From an uncultured Planctomycetia bacterium (GTDB lineage: Bacteria; Planctomycetota; UBA8108), in assembly GCA_964478085.1 (NCBI GenBank), contig CAYZGY010000001.1:1-49835 (forward strand): a stretch of DNA of 49,835 nucleotides. The letters run 5' to 3'. Positions 7,920 to 18,337 of the stretch are shown one piece after another. The notes under the pieces were generated by a model. It saw only the letters and a program-made list of their open reading frames with translations, had not been told where the DNA came from and did not search any database. A program made the translations under genes and the position numbers. The stretch's first letter is position 1, and each line of letters begins with the position of its first letter.

Positions 7920-10900
7920 TCAGATGCTGCACGTGTCCGCCGGACACTCCGCGAAAGCGTCGCCCGTCGGATCCTGACCGCAGCTGAGCGGCCCGGGGTC
8001 CGCCGGTCGCGTACCCCCTTGGAAGAGATAGACGAGTAGAACCACCGCGTCGGACGTGTTGAGCTCGCCGTCGTCGTTGACGTCGGCGGCGTCGTCGCAG
8101 ATCAGCGCGCCGAGGTCTCCGAAGACGCTGAGGAGGAGCGTCACGGCGTCGGAGACGTCGACCGTACCGTCCGAGCTCGCATCTCCGCGCACGAATCCTC
8201 CACGACAACCGAGGCCACCGGGATAGAGAATCGGATCGAAGCTGAGATCGGAGCTGTCGAGCGTCGCGTTGTGGACGCTGATCGCGAGGACGTTACGACC
8301 CTCGACGAGGAAGTCCTTCGGAATCAGAACGGTATCGGTGACACTCTCCCCCCCTGTAGTCGCGGCGAGGTTCGGAAGGTCGTCGCCGTCGGGAACGTTG
8401 AGTCTTGCGACCTCGAAGTCGTTGACGAAGATGATGACTCCGTCGTCGTATCGAACCTCGAGCGCGAGGACGTCGATCGTGTCGAGATCAGCGATCTCGA
8501 ACTCCTTGCGACAGAAGACTGCGAGGTAGTTGTTCCGCATGCCGTCGAGCACGGTCGCGTCGTCGTCGTCTCCGTAGCCGATTCCCGTCTCGCCCGAGGC
8601 CCACGAAGAATCGTCGAAGCCCGGGTCGGCCCAGTCGATCGGCAATGCCTGGTCGCCCGTCAGGTAGCGCCACTCCTCTCCTGCGCGAATGAGCGTGTGG
8701 TCGGCGACGAGCTCCGGGAGAAGCGAAAGATCGCTCGAGCCGAGCGTCCTGTTGTGTACCTGAATCGCGAGCACGTTCCTTCCGCTGACGAGAAGTGACG
8801 GATCGATGTCGTAGACCTCGAATTCACCCGCCTCGCGCTGCGCGTCGGCGAGAGCGTTCCACGCGAGCGGCGTGCCCGGCGGCGCGAGCGAAGCCGAACG
8901 CGCGACCTCCTCGCCGTTGAGGTACGCCGCGAAACCGTCGTCGTAGTCGATACGAAGACGAAGCGCCGTCGCGACCGTGCCGATCTCGAACTCCTTGCGC
9001 ACGAAGACGCTCGCGTACGAGTCGGGCATGTCGTCGAGAATCGTCAGGTCGTCGTCGTCGCCGTAACCGAAGCCGGACGGCCCGACCTCCCAGCCGTTCT
9101 CGGCCGAAGGCTCGAAGCCTGGCCGATTCCACGCGGCGGGAGGTGCCGTCGTGCCTCGGAAGAAGTCCCAGTCCTCTCCTACGACGATGACCGGATCGTC
9201 GAGAAGAGGCGCGAGCTCGATGACGAGCTTCGGTGGCGTCTCCCCCTCTGACGAGTAGAAGTCCCAACCGTTGCCCCCGCTCGGCAAGAGCGCCCAACCG
9301 TGATGCGTGCACGGCGCCGCGGACCATGCCGCGACGCTCGCGGTGACATCGATCGAGATCGTTCCCCCTCCGAGCGCGTCGACGGTCGCGTCGGGATCAC
9401 CGAGTGTGTCGACACCGATCTCGACTCCACCAGCTCCGAAGCTCGACCAGTTCCCGAGCGGATCCCACTGACGTCGCATGCGGTAGACCTCCGCACCCGT
9501 GCCCGCGTCGGTCGAGCTGAACTCGAGCCGCGCCGAGCGAATCGGCGAGCCCGGAAAGACCTGGTCCTCGCCCTCTCCGAAGACATCGTTGAATTTGATC
9601 AGCACCTGCGTCGCGTTGCCGCTTCCCGACGGATCGTCGCCGTCGACGAAGAGCTCCGGCGACTCGTTCTGATTCGATCCGGGCGACGCCTCGACGAGCA
9701 TCGTGTCGACGGTTCCCGTGTAGCCATTGAGGCCCTGCTGGAAGATCCTCGTCGGCCGACCGCCGGAGACCTCGACGTCGAGGAAGACCTGGTCCATGCG
9801 CAAGAGGTCGCCGTCGTCGGCGATCAGTCCGAAGAGATAGCGTCCCGATGCGGTGAAAGACACGATCGTCGAGAGCGACGTCGGCTCGGCGAGCTCGGCT
9901 TCGGCCGGTCCGTGAAGGAACACCCACTCGGTCGACACCGAACCCCCTGCGGGCAGACCGTCGTCGCTGACCGTCCCCGTCAACACGCCGCGATTCCCAG
10001 CGAGCGGAAGCTGCCGGTCGGAGCCCGCGTTCGGCTGCGGGCGCTCATTCGCGTCGTCGGGCGGAGGATACGTGTATCGCACACAGGTGCGATCCGTGCT
10101 GTTGATGCTCCGACAGCAGTTGCCCCACATGAGCGCGCCGCTGTCCTGCGCGTGCCCGAAGCCCATCCCGTGACCGAGCTCGTGGCCGAGGAGGATGCGG
10201 TAGCCACCACTGCCGAGGCAACCGACACCGTTGTTCATCACGACGAACCAATTGTGCATCGTGATCCAGCTCGTACCGTCGAATGAATGCGTTCCGCCAC
10301 CTGCCCCACCACCGAAAGCGAGCGTGCCGCCGCAGCCTTGAAGGTCGGCGATGTCGGAGCAAGGATCGTCGAAGAGGATGAAGTTCGCCTGCCCGCCGCA
10401 ACCCGGCGCCACGGCACGCGAACCGCCGAAGACCATGTTGCAACCCGTCGGAGTCACGTTCATCCAAAGATCGAGCGCTTCCTGAACGAAGTGATAACCC
10501 TCGAAGGTGATCGACTGATCACCAGGGGAGATGCCGTAGATCGTCAGTCGACGTCCTCCCCGCAGATTCGGCTGACGCCAATTCTGACCGCCCGAGTTGA
10601 AGTAGAAGCAGCCGCCGGGAACGGCCGCGCCTCCGCCTTCGGCATCTTCTTCAGAGTGATCGTCATGGTCGTGACCGAGATCGATCTCGAACTCTTCATC
10701 GACGACGCTCGCCGAGTCCCACTCGACGCGCCCGCGCAAAACCAGAGCGAGGTGATCGAGAAGCGCATCGGTTCGGTAGGCGCCGATCGGCTCGGGCACG
10801 ATTCCGTCAGGTCGCTCGACGGCGTGCGAATCACCCGCCTCGGGAACCGGAACGAGCCGCCGCTCGAGCGCGCCACCGGGCGTTGTCGTCGTGACTTCAC

Positions 10901-11348
10901 GAAGCAGCCCGTACGAAAACATCGAAGTGATCCACGATGCCTCGTTCGAACGCCTCTTCGAAAGACAGACGAAGTAGCTTTCGCCCTCGACGAAGCGCGG
11001 CATTCCGGGAATCTTCCACTCGAGTCCGTCCACGGTTCCGCCCGGCACCTGGATCTCGATGAGATCACCGACCTGCTGACCGCCGTCGAGTGAACGCAGA
11101 ACGGTGAACTCCGTGTGCGTGTACGGCATGCCGGAGACGGCATCGGCGCCCCCTGGAGCGACGACTCGGCTGCGACCCGCACGCGCGAACACCACACCCT
11201 CGCTCGCCTCGGCGAGCTCGCCGAGACTGCGCGGAGGGATCTGCGACATCGCCCGCAGATCGAGCCCGTAATAGAGCGAAAGAACGACGACGAGGGCCGT
11301 CGTGACTCGACGAAACACGCTTCGATCAGCCATTTTGAAGACTCGCAT
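7920..11348 (-). CDS. Secreted metzincin-type zinc metalloprotease with an Ig-like domain, a DNRLRE-like domain, two GYGD beta-sandwich modules and a C-terminal dockerin-like module
   Basis: - The ORF track gives 7920-11873, but the first 175 codons look like non-coding read-through.
- ATG at 11348 (or 11333) gives [29 protein letters not shown], a signal or anchor sequence.
- The zinc motif [11 protein letters not shown] lies at 10152-10184, followed by ALMW (Met-turn).
- Two modules of about 160 aa carrying GFGYGDDDD / GIGYGDDDD lie at 8691-9191 and 8226-8690.
- The tail [10 protein letters not shown]...[18 protein letters not shown] lies at 7923-8195. Confidence 0.85.
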   Translation of the reverse strand: MRVFKMADRSVFRRVTTALVVVLSLYYGLDLRAMSQIPPRSLGELAEASEGVVFARAGRSRVVAPGGADAVSGMPYTHTEFTVLRSLDGGQQVGDLIEIQVPGGTVDGLEWKIPGMPRFVEGESYFVCLSKRRSNEASWITSMFSYGLLREVTTTTPGGALERRLVPVPEAGDSHAVERPDGIVPEPIGAYRTDALLDHLALVLRGRVEWDSASVVDEEFEIDLGHDHDDHSEEDAEGGGAAVPGGCFYFNSGGQNWRQPNLRGGRRLTIYGISPGDQSITFEGYHFVQEALDLWMNVTPTGCNMVFGGSRAVAPGCGGQANFILFDDPCSDIADLQGCGGTLAFGGGAGGGTHSFDGTSWITMHNWFVVMNNGVGCLGSGGYRILLGHELGHGMGFGHAQDSGALMWGNCCRSINSTDRTCVRYTYPPPDDANERPQPNAGSDRQLPLAGNRGVLTGTVSDDGLPAGGSVSTEWVFLHGPAEAELAEPTSLSTIVSFTASGRYLFGLIADDGDLLRMDQVFLDVEVSGGRPTRIFQQGLNGYTGTVDTMLVEASPGSNQNESPELFVDGDDPSGSGNATQVLIKFNDVFGEGEDQVFPGSPIRSARLEFSSTDAGTGAEVYRMRRQWDPLGNWSSFGAGGVEIGVDTLGDPDATVDALGGGTISIDVTASVAAWSAAPCTHHGWALLPSGGNGWDFYSSEGETPPKLVIELAPLLDDPVIVVGEDWDFFRGTTAPPAAWNRPGFEPSAENGWEVGPSGFGYGDDDDLTILDDMPDSYASVFVRKEFEIGTVATALRLRIDYDDGFAAYLNGEEVARSASLAPPGTPLAWNALADAQREAGEFEVYDIDPSLLVSGRNVLAIQVHNRTLGSSDLSLLPELVADHTLIRAGEEWRYLTGDQALPIDWADPGFDDSSWASGETGIGYGDDDDATVLDGMRNNYLAVFCRKEFEIADLDTIDVLALEVRYDDGVIIFVNDFEVARLNVPDGDDLPNLAATTGGESVTDTVLIPKDFLVEGRNVLAISVHNATLDSSDLSFDPILYPGGLGCRGGFVRGDASSDGTVDVSDAVTLLLSVFGDLGALICDDAADVNDDGELNTSDAVVLLVYLFQGGTRPADPGPLSCGQDPTGDAFAECPADTCSI

Positions 11349-11556
11349 TGGGCGCGCCCCGCGAGAACCCGGTTGGCGGTGGAGGACGCAGTGTCCAAAT
11401 TCCCGCATCCGAGCCGGAAACGCAAATCCTCGTTGGGCCCGCAACCCTAAACAAATCCCGCACATCTGACGCATCACCTGCTCTGGCAAAGGTCTCCGAG
11501 CTCGGATACGATCGAGACCTTCGTAACGAGCAGGCGTTCTTGCCGAAGAAGTAAGA

Positions 11557-11577
11557 GGGCTCCGGCCGCCGGAGCCC
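11557..11577 (+). promoter_or_regulatory. Perfect 9-bp-stem hairpin in the 5' leader of the PQQ-like giant gene, within the divergent intergenic region
   Basis: GGGCTCCGG-CCG-CCGGAGCCC lies 43 nt upstream of the GTG start at 11620. No upstream gene needs a terminator here, so its function is unknown. Confidence 0.3.
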
Positions 11578-11619
11578 CGATAACATCGAAGCAGCCTCGA
11601 AACAGGGTCCCGAAGGAAC

Positions 11620-14600
11620 GTGACGAAACGCGGACGCAACCTCCTGTGGACTATCGCTTTAGCTAGCTTTCTCTGTGTCGGATTCGCGTCGCTGTGGCAG
11701 CGTCCGAACGCCGCCGCGCAGGAAGGCGCGATCCAGACCGGCGACTGGCCGATGTGGCGCGGCAACGCGCAGCGCGGAGGTACGACTCCGGGCGAGCTCC
11801 CGAACGAGCTCCACCTGAGCTGGATTCTCGACCTGCCGGAGCCGATCCCCGCCTGGCCATCGACGCAGGACAAGCTCCAATTCGATCGCCTCTACGAGCC
11901 CGTCGTCCTCGGCAAGCGCCTGTTCGTTCCGTCGATGATCAGCGACAAGGTCACGGCGTACGACACGGAGACCTCGAAGGAGCTCTGGAGCTTCTACACC
12001 GACGGCCCCGTGCGCTTCGCGTGCGTCGCTTGGAAGGACAAGGTCTACTTCACGTCCGACGACGGATACCTCTACGCCGTCAACGCCGCCGACGGCTCCC
12101 TCCACTGGAAGTTCCGTGGTGGCCCGAACGACCGAAAGGTCATCGGCAACTACCGCCTCGTCAACATGTGGCCCGCGCGCGGCGGTCCCGTCATCTACGA
12201 CGACAAGATCTACTTCGGCGCGAGCATCTGGCCCTTCATGGGCATCTTCGTTCACGCGCTCGACGCCGAGACCGGCAAAGTCATCTGGACGAACTCGGGC
12301 ACGGGCTCGAACTGGATCACGCAACAGCACAACAGCCCCGCGTTCGCGGGAATCGCTCCGCAGGGATACCTCGCGGCGACCGAAGACTACCTCGTCTTAG
12401 CGGGCGGACGAACGATGCCGGCGGTCTACGAAAGAAAGACCGGCGCGTTCAAGCACTACAACGTCGCGAGCCGCAAGATGGGCTCGAAGGGCGGCGGTGG
12501 CTTCGACGTCGTCGTCGGCGAGAACTTCTACATCAACCGCGGCGCGATGTACCGCATGGACAACGGCCACTTCCTTCAAAAGATGGACGCGCTGCTCATC
12601 AACGAGCACGCGATCATCTGCCACGGCGACGATGGCGTCCGCGGCTTCCGCCCGCGTTGGGAGGAAGAGATCACGAAGGATCGCAAAGGCAAGGTCACGA
12701 AGAAGGTCGTCGTCAAGAAGGCTTGGTCGACACCTCTCGACAAGAAGGTCACGAAGGTCTTCCTTCAGGCCGGTGGCAAGCTCTTCGGACTCGGCGAGAA
12801 CAAGCGTCTCGTCGGCGTCGACATCTCGAATCTCTTGACGGGTGCGAGGGTCATCTGGAGCCAGGAGATTCCGGACGAGCCCCTCAACATGATCGCTGCC
12901 GACGGCAAGCTCTTCGTCAGCACCGACCACGGCCGCATCTACTGCTTCTCGGGAAAAAAGCCGGCGACACCGGTGAAGCTTCCCGAGCCACCGCCGGCGC
13001 CGAAGGTCGTCGAGCCCGTCAAGACGGACCCTGCCGTCCTCATCACCGAGGACTCCGTCTGGAAGTTCTGGGACAAGCGCGACGCGCCCGCCGGCAACTG
13101 GTCCACCGTCGATTTCGACGACAAGGCCTGGGGCGCCGGCAAGGGCAAGATCGGTTACGGCGACGACGACGTCGTCACGAAGATCAGCTTCGGTGACAAC
13201 AAGGACAAGAAGCCGCTCGCGGCGTACTTCCGTCACGCCTTCGAGCTCGCGAAGAACGAGATCCCCGCGGACGCGAAAGACAAGAAGATCAAGATCGAGC
13301 TCTCGGTCGACGACGGCGCGATCGCCTACCTCAACGGCGCCGAGGTCGGGCGCATCCGCATGCCGAACGGCAAGGTCGACTCGAAGACGAAAGCCGCCGC
13401 CAACGCCGCGAAGGAGAGCGATTTCGACACGCTCGAAATCGACGCCGCGCTCTTCCGCGCCGGCATCAACGTGCTCGCCGTCGCCGTGCACCAGTTCAAG
13501 CCGACGTCGAGCGACCTCGCGCTCCGCGCCAAGATGCCCCGCGGCATCTTCGTCGCGCAGAAGCAGGATGCCGCCGAGAAGAAGATGCCGCCGGAACGAA
13601 AGCGCGACGAGCGCTTCGAGGACCCGCAAGACGAGTACACGAAGCTCGCCGCAAGCCTCCTGGCCGATTCGAGCGCCAAGGTCGGCTACGTGTTCGTCTT
13701 CGGTCTCGGATCGGGTCGTCTCGTCGAAGAGCTCGCCGCGCAGACGACGCTCCACGTCATCGGTTTCGACAAGGACGCGAAGAAGGTCGCCGAGCTTCGC
13801 CGACGCTTCGACTCACTCGGAGTTTACGGCCACCGCATCTCTATCTCGCATTTCGATCCGCTGACGGTCGGCTTGCCACAGTTCGCTGCCGAGCTCATCG
13901 CCTTCGGTGACGACAAGATTCTCGAGGGGCGTGAGAGGGAAGCGGTCGACGTCGTCTTCCGTTCACTCCGTCCTTACACGGGCGCGGCTTTCCTCTCGGC
14001 ATCGTCGAAGTCTGCACGCGCCTTCCTCGACGCAGCGGGCACCGCCAAGCTCGACGGTGGCGTCGCCGAGAAGGTCGGAGACTTCGTCGCGCTTCGACGT
14101 CCCGAGCCGCCGAAGGGATCGGGCGAGTGGACGCACCAGTACGGCACGGTCGGCAACTCGGTGTCCTCGACCGACACTCAAGTCAAAGCACCGCTCGGGC
14201 TGCTCTGGTTCGGCGGACCGTCCAACGCGAACGTCTTGCCCCGACACGGTCACGGGCCGACGCCGCAGGTCGCTCACGGGCGTCTCTTCATCGAGGGGCG
14301 CCACATGCTCCGCGCGCTCGACATCTACACGGGCAACATGCTCTGGGAGCGCACTCTCAAGGATCTCGGCAAGGACTACGACTACACGAGTCACGAGCCC
14401 GGCGCGAACGCGCTCGGAAGCAACTACGTCTCGCTCGCCGACGCGGTCTACGTCGTCCACGAGAATAAGTGCCTCAAGCTCGACCCGCAGACAGGCGTCA
14501 CGACCGCCACCTTCGAGCTGCCGAAGCACGAAGACCCTGCGAAGAGCCCCAAGTGGGGATACGTCGGCGTGTACAAAGACCTGCTCCTCGCCGGCGTGAT

Positions 14601-17046
14601 GCCGAACCGCTTCGGCTACCCGGACTACGAGCCCGCCAACTTCAAGGACGTCAAGGACAAGAAGCTCAAAGAGGCGCGCGAGAAGATCGACAAGCTCGAG
14701 GACTTCGAGAAGCCGAAGAAGCGCGACAACGAGAACGACCAGGCGCACCTGACGCGCACGTGGAACAAGCTCCTCCTCTCGGAGAAGTTCCTCGATCACG
14801 TCCCCTCGAGCGTCCGCGACAAGGCGAAGGCCAAGGATCTCGAGAAGAAGCTGACGGACTACCCCACGAAGGTGAAGGGCCGCACGGCCGAAGACGCCGA
14901 GGCGCTCGAGATCAAGCGAGAGCTACTCAACAAGTACTACGGTCTGCCGAAGTACTCGCTGCCCCCTCCGGGCAACTTCAACGCTCTTCAGGGGACGGGA
15001 AGCCAGAAGCTCATCGCGATGAACCGTCACACGGGCGAGATCGTCTGGGAGGTCGGCTCGAAGCACTATATTCGTCACAACACGATCGTGGCGGGTGGCG
15101 GACGCATCTACTTCATCGATCGTCTCTCCGATGCGATGGCCGGATTCCTCCGTCGTCGTGGTCACAAGATCCCCGACGATACCGCCGTCGTCGCGATCGA
15201 CGCGAAGACCGGCAAGCGCGCCTGGACCGCGACCAAGCGCGTCTTCGGCACCTGGCTCGGCTACTCGGACGAGCACGACGTGCTCCTCCAAGCCGGAAGC
15301 AAGTCTCGTGACCGTGCGAACGACGAGGTCGGCCAAGGCATGGTCGCCTACCAGGGCAAGGACGGAAAGGTCATCTGGGAGAACAACGACAAGTACGAAG
15401 GGCCGTGCATCCTCATCGGGTCGGAGCTCTTCACCCAGGGCCACAAGAGTCCCGGCTTCGCGATGGACCTCCTGACCGGCAAGCGGAAGAAGCGAAAGCA
15501 CCCGATCTCGCAGCAGGAGGTCGACTGGCAGTACACGCGCCACTACGGCTGCAACACGGCGATCGGGTCGCCCAATCTGCTGACCTTCCGCTCCGCGGCC
15601 GCGGGCTACTTCGACTTGGCGTCGAACAGCGGAACGGGCAACTTCGGCGGCTTCCGTACCGGATGTACGTCGAACCTGATTCCCGCGGGCGGCATCCTCA
15701 ATGCTCCCGACTACACGCGCACCTGCACGTGCTCGTATCAGAACCAGGCTTCGCTCGCCCTCGTCCACATGCCCGAAGCGGACATCTGGACGTTCAGCGC
15801 GCACTCTCACGACGGCGGCGTCGTCAAGAACCTCGGCCTCAACCTGGGCGCGCCCGGTGATCGTCGCGGACCGAACGGCACGTTCTGGATCGACTACCCG
15901 AGTGTCGGAGGCAAGTCGGCCGACGTCGGCGTCAGCGCGAAAATCGACGGTGCTCGCTACATTCGCCATCACTCGACGCACATCCAGTCGGGCGATCTCC
16001 GCTGGGTCGGGGCCTCGGCCGTCGAAGGCGCGGGCGCGGTCACCGTCACCGTCGCGCAGCAAAAGAACTTTTCGATTCCGAACGCCGTACGAGGCGGATC
16101 CGTGCTCCAGGTCGAGCGAGGGCTCCAGCACGGAGAGGTCCCTGTCGAGAACGTCCCCGCGTACAAGGCGAAGAACACGAAAAGCCTCGGCAAAGCTGGC
16201 GGCAAGGAGAAGCTCGCTGCCAAGATCACAGGCGACGATCACCTCTCTCCCGAGAGCATCACGGTCGAGCTCTGGGTCAAGACCGACGCCGACTTCGACT
16301 TCGTCGATGCGCGCACGGGCGGCAAGAGCTCGAAGCACGGCTTCGTCTTCGACAACCGCAAGCTGCGCGCTCGTTACTTCGTCGCCAACAAGAAGGGCGA
16401 CGACAACGAAAACTACATCACGATCGAGTCGAAGAAGGCGATCCCGAACGACAAGTGGGTCCACATCGCGTTCACCTACGACGCCGAGACGGGCGTCGGC
16501 AAGATCTACCAGAACGGCAAGGTCGTCGCCGAGCACGACGGCGAGGACAACCGCCCGCTCTGGTGGGACAAGGACGAGCCCGACTACCTCGTCGCGAAGG
16601 AGCTCGGAAGCGACAAGACGCTCGTCGACGAGCTGCGGATCTCGCGCAAGACTCTGAAGCCTGGACAGCTCCTGAGAGCGAAACGGCAGGGAAAGCAAGG
16701 CCGACTCGCCAAGCGCACTGTCGCTGGCTACTGGCGAATGAGCGCCTCGCCCTCGGAGACTCTCGCGCAGAGCAACCTCTACCGCGTCAGGCTCGTCTTC
16801 GCCGAGGTCGCCGATCTCGGCCCGGGCGAACGCGTGTTCGATGTCGAGATCCAAGGCCGGCGAGTCCTCGAGGACTTCGACATCGCCAAGGAGGCCGGCG
16901 CGCCGCGCAAGACCGTCGTGCGTGAGTTCGAGCACATCCCCGTACGCGGGCCGCTCGAGGTGAAGCTCATCCCGAAGAAGGGCGCGAAGCCCTTGCTGAG
17001 CGGGGTCGAGCTCGTGCACGAGCTTTCGCAAGCCCAGGATTTCTGA
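11620..17046 (+). CDS. Giant secreted PQQ/BamB-like beta-propeller protein with a GYGD beta-sandwich, an embedded class I methyltransferase-like fold, a second propeller, a LamG-like domain and a malectin-like C-terminus
   Basis: 1808-aa ORF, GTG start preceded by GAAGGA, with a signal peptide.
- Propeller blades: VTAYDTETSKELWSF...GYLYAVNAADGSLHWKF.
- GYGD module: GKIGYGDDDVV at about 13048-13536.
- Rossmann-like segment: VFVFGLGSGRLVEELA...HVIGFDKD.
- Second propeller blade: LRALDIYTGNMLWE.
- LamG-like: ITVELWVKTD...WVHIAFTYDAETGVGKIYQNGKVV.
- Malectin-like: YRVRLVFAEV...ERVFDVEIQG. Confidence 0.9.
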   Translation: MTKRGRNLLWTIALASFLCVGFASLWQRPNAAAQEGAIQTGDWPMWRGNAQRGGTTPGELPNELHLSWILDLPEPIPAWPSTQDKLQFDRLYEPVVLGKRLFVPSMISDKVTAYDTETSKELWSFYTDGPVRFACVAWKDKVYFTSDDGYLYAVNAADGSLHWKFRGGPNDRKVIGNYRLVNMWPARGGPVIYDDKIYFGASIWPFMGIFVHALDAETGKVIWTNSGTGSNWITQQHNSPAFAGIAPQGYLAATEDYLVLAGGRTMPAVYERKTGAFKHYNVASRKMGSKGGGGFDVVVGENFYINRGAMYRMDNGHFLQKMDALLINEHAIICHGDDGVRGFRPRWEEEITKDRKGKVTKKVVVKKAWSTPLDKKVTKVFLQAGGKLFGLGENKRLVGVDISNLLTGARVIWSQEIPDEPLNMIAADGKLFVSTDHGRIYCFSGKKPATPVKLPEPPPAPKVVEPVKTDPAVLITEDSVWKFWDKRDAPAGNWSTVDFDDKAWGAGKGKIGYGDDDVVTKISFGDNKDKKPLAAYFRHAFELAKNEIPADAKDKKIKIELSVDDGAIAYLNGAEVGRIRMPNGKVDSKTKAAANAAKESDFDTLEIDAALFRAGINVLAVAVHQFKPTSSDLALRAKMPRGIFVAQKQDAAEKKMPPERKRDERFEDPQDEYTKLAASLLADSSAKVGYVFVFGLGSGRLVEELAAQTTLHVIGFDKDAKKVAELRRRFDSLGVYGHRISISHFDPLTVGLPQFAAELIAFGDDKILEGREREAVDVVFRSLRPYTGAAFLSASSKSARAFLDAAGTAKLDGGVAEKVGDFVALRRPEPPKGSGEWTHQYGTVGNSVSSTDTQVKAPLGLLWFGGPSNANVLPRHGHGPTPQVAHGRLFIEGRHMLRALDIYTGNMLWERTLKDLGKDYDYTSHEPGANALGSNYVSLADAVYVVHENKCLKLDPQTGVTTATFELPKHEDPAKSPKWGYVGVYKDLLLAGVMPNRFGYPDYEPANFKDVKDKKLKEAREKIDKLEDFEKPKKRDNENDQAHLTRTWNKLLLSEKFLDHVPSSVRDKAKAKDLEKKLTDYPTKVKGRTAEDAEALEIKRELLNKYYGLPKYSLPPPGNFNALQGTGSQKLIAMNRHTGEIVWEVGSKHYIRHNTIVAGGGRIYFIDRLSDAMAGFLRRRGHKIPDDTAVVAIDAKTGKRAWTATKRVFGTWLGYSDEHDVLLQAGSKSRDRANDEVGQGMVAYQGKDGKVIWENNDKYEGPCILIGSELFTQGHKSPGFAMDLLTGKRKKRKHPISQQEVDWQYTRHYGCNTAIGSPNLLTFRSAAAGYFDLASNSGTGNFGGFRTGCTSNLIPAGGILNAPDYTRTCTCSYQNQASLALVHMPEADIWTFSAHSHDGGVVKNLGLNLGAPGDRRGPNGTFWIDYPSVGGKSADVGVSAKIDGARYIRHHSTHIQSGDLRWVGASAVEGAGAVTVTVAQQKNFSIPNAVRGGSVLQVERGLQHGEVPVENVPAYKAKNTKSLGKAGGKEKLAAKITGDDHLSPESITVELWVKTDADFDFVDARTGGKSSKHGFVFDNRKLRARYFVANKKGDDNENYITIESKKAIPNDKWVHIAFTYDAETGVGKIYQNGKVVAEHDGEDNRPLWWDKDEPDYLVAKELGSDKTLVDELRISRKTLKPGQLLRAKRQGKQGRLAKRTVAGYWRMSASPSETLAQSNLYRVRLVFAEVADLGPGERVFDVEIQGRRVLEDFDIAKEAGAPRKTVVREFEHIPVRGPLEVKLIPKKGAKPLLSGVELVHELSQAQDF

Positions 17047-17102
17047 GCAGATTTCGGAGAATTCTTCGAAACTCTCCGTTCCCGGCGACGTCCGTTAGGA
17101 TG

Positions 17103-17138
17103 GCGTGGGTACACGGTCGAAATGCGCCCACGCTTTTT
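17103..17138 (+). terminator. Rho-independent terminator candidate after the PQQ-like giant gene
   Basis: Stem GCGTGGG / CCCACGC with a 17-nt loop, followed by TTTTTCTT. Confidence 0.45.
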
Positions 17139-17232
17139 CTTGCTCGGACCCGAACGAGAACCTAGACTGCCGGCAGTCGAGTCGTTCGCGCTTGGATCCA
17201 CACCAACCTCAACCACGCGGAGTCAGGGCAGC

Positions 17233-17994
17233 ATGACGTCATCACGATTACGTCCGCGGACTCTCCTCGCCTTCACGGCGCTGGCGGTTTTCGCCGCCGG
17301 CAACGTGATCCAAGCAGGACCGGGACCTCTAAACCCAAGTCCCAAGGGAAAATCGAAGAAGGTTCCTTCGCCGGCGAAAGCACTGGCGCAGGCTTACAAG
17401 AACCTCTCCAAGCAGAAGAGCTACTCGACGAGCCTCTCGGTCGAAGGCGGTATCTCCGATACCCCCGACCACGAGCTCTCGCAGGTCGCTGTTCGCGAGA
17501 CCTACAACGGCGACATCTACCGCTCGCTGATGAGCATCCCGGGCAAGAAGACCTTCAAGACGCCGAAGAAGGGCGTGCGTTACATCAGCGGCTACTGGCG
17601 CAACGTCGTCTCGGACCGCGAAGGCAAGATGCTCGACAGCTTCTTCAGGTTCCCGCAGGACGTCCTCAAGCAAGCCATGCGCCACGCGAAGCGCGGCAAG
17701 TGGCAGGACCTGGCGAGCTCCGACGAAACGGGCGCGGACAAGAAGGACTCGAAGAAGAGCAAGAAGAGCAGCAAGTCGAAGAAGAAGTCGGACGACGACG
17801 ACTACGAGCTCGAAGGCGATTCGAAGAAGAAGCGTCGCGGCAAGACCTCCGTCGCCAAGAAAGGCAAGAAGTCGAAGAAGACCGAAGAGGTCGACATCGA
17901 CATGCCCACCACGATCCTGATCGAGGCGCCCACGAAAGAGGCTCTCAACCACTACCTGACGGTTGAGAAGTCCGGCTGCCTCGGCGGTGGCTGA
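17233..17994 (+). CDS. Secreted hypothetical protein with a Lys/Ser/Asp-rich insert; ends at a TGA that is in frame with the next ORF
   Basis: ATG at 17233 gives MTSSRLRPRTLLAFTALAVFAAGNVIQA, a signal peptide. The track ORF starts earlier, at 17122. The low-complexity segment is KKDSKKSKKSSKSKKKSDDDD. The stop TGA lies at 17992-17994. Confidence 0.6.
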   Translation: MTSSRLRPRTLLAFTALAVFAAGNVIQAGPGPLNPSPKGKSKKVPSPAKALAQAYKNLSKQKSYSTSLSVEGGISDTPDHELSQVAVRETYNGDIYRSLMSIPGKKTFKTPKKGVRYISGYWRNVVSDREGKMLDSFFRFPQDVLKQAMRHAKRGKWQDLASSDETGADKKDSKKSKKSSKSKKKSDDDDYELEGDSKKKRRGKTSVAKKGKKSKKTEEVDIDMPTTILIEAPTKEALNHYLTVEKSGCLGGG

Positions 17995-18009
17995 GGCGTC
18001 TCCAAATTC

Positions 18010-18261
18010 GTGTCCGGTGCGGACAAGACGCTGACCAACGCCTTCTACGAAATCGAGATCGATCCTGAGACCCAACTCCCCGTGCGCATCAAGGTGACTG
18101 CCCTGACCGGTCGCAAGGGACAGACCCGAGCGAAGGGAAAGAAGATCATCGGCGGACAGCACGCCGCGTTCCACTTCGAGTGGAAGCTTTCCGACTTCGG
18201 TGAGGTCGAGAAACCCGAGATGCCGCGAGAGGCCTCGAAGGTCCTCGCGAAGCTCAAGTAA
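18010..18261 (+). CDS. Probable C-terminal continuation of the preceding gene (same frame, separated only by TGA plus 5 sense codons)
   Basis: Frame 1 reads ...YLTVEKSGCLGGG-TGA-GVSKFVSGADKTLTNAFYEIEIDPETQLPVRIKVTAL.... There is no independent ribosome-binding site or signal peptide, and a terminator follows at 18286. Confidence 0.45.
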   Translation: MSGADKTLTNAFYEIEIDPETQLPVRIKVTALTGRKGQTRAKGKKIIGGQHAAFHFEWKLSDFGEVEKPEMPREASKVLAKLK

Positions 18262-18285
18262 GCTCTCGACAGCTGAAACAGAAAA

Positions 18286-18324
18286 GGCCCGCCGTTTCGA
18301 CTCACCGAGCCGGCGGGCTTTTTT
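18286..18324. terminator. Bidirectional Rho-independent terminator between convergent genes
   Basis: Stem GGCCCGCCG ... CGGCGGGC(C) followed by TTTTTT on the plus strand. The minus-strand reading ends in CCTTTTCTGTTT. Confidence 0.8.
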
Positions 18325-18337
18325 ACATCATTGACGG

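Noticed and set aside
11349-11873. N-terminal extensions of several track ORFs: 7920-11873, 17122-17232, 25114-29586, 34972-36777, 36402-38927, 39594-43481 and 46843-46971.
   Set aside because: The extensions have non-protein-like composition. Some overlap the upstream gene or the divergent promoter region. Internal starts give canonical signal peptides, often with a Shine-Dalgarno-like AGGAG/GAAGGAG or start/stop coupling.
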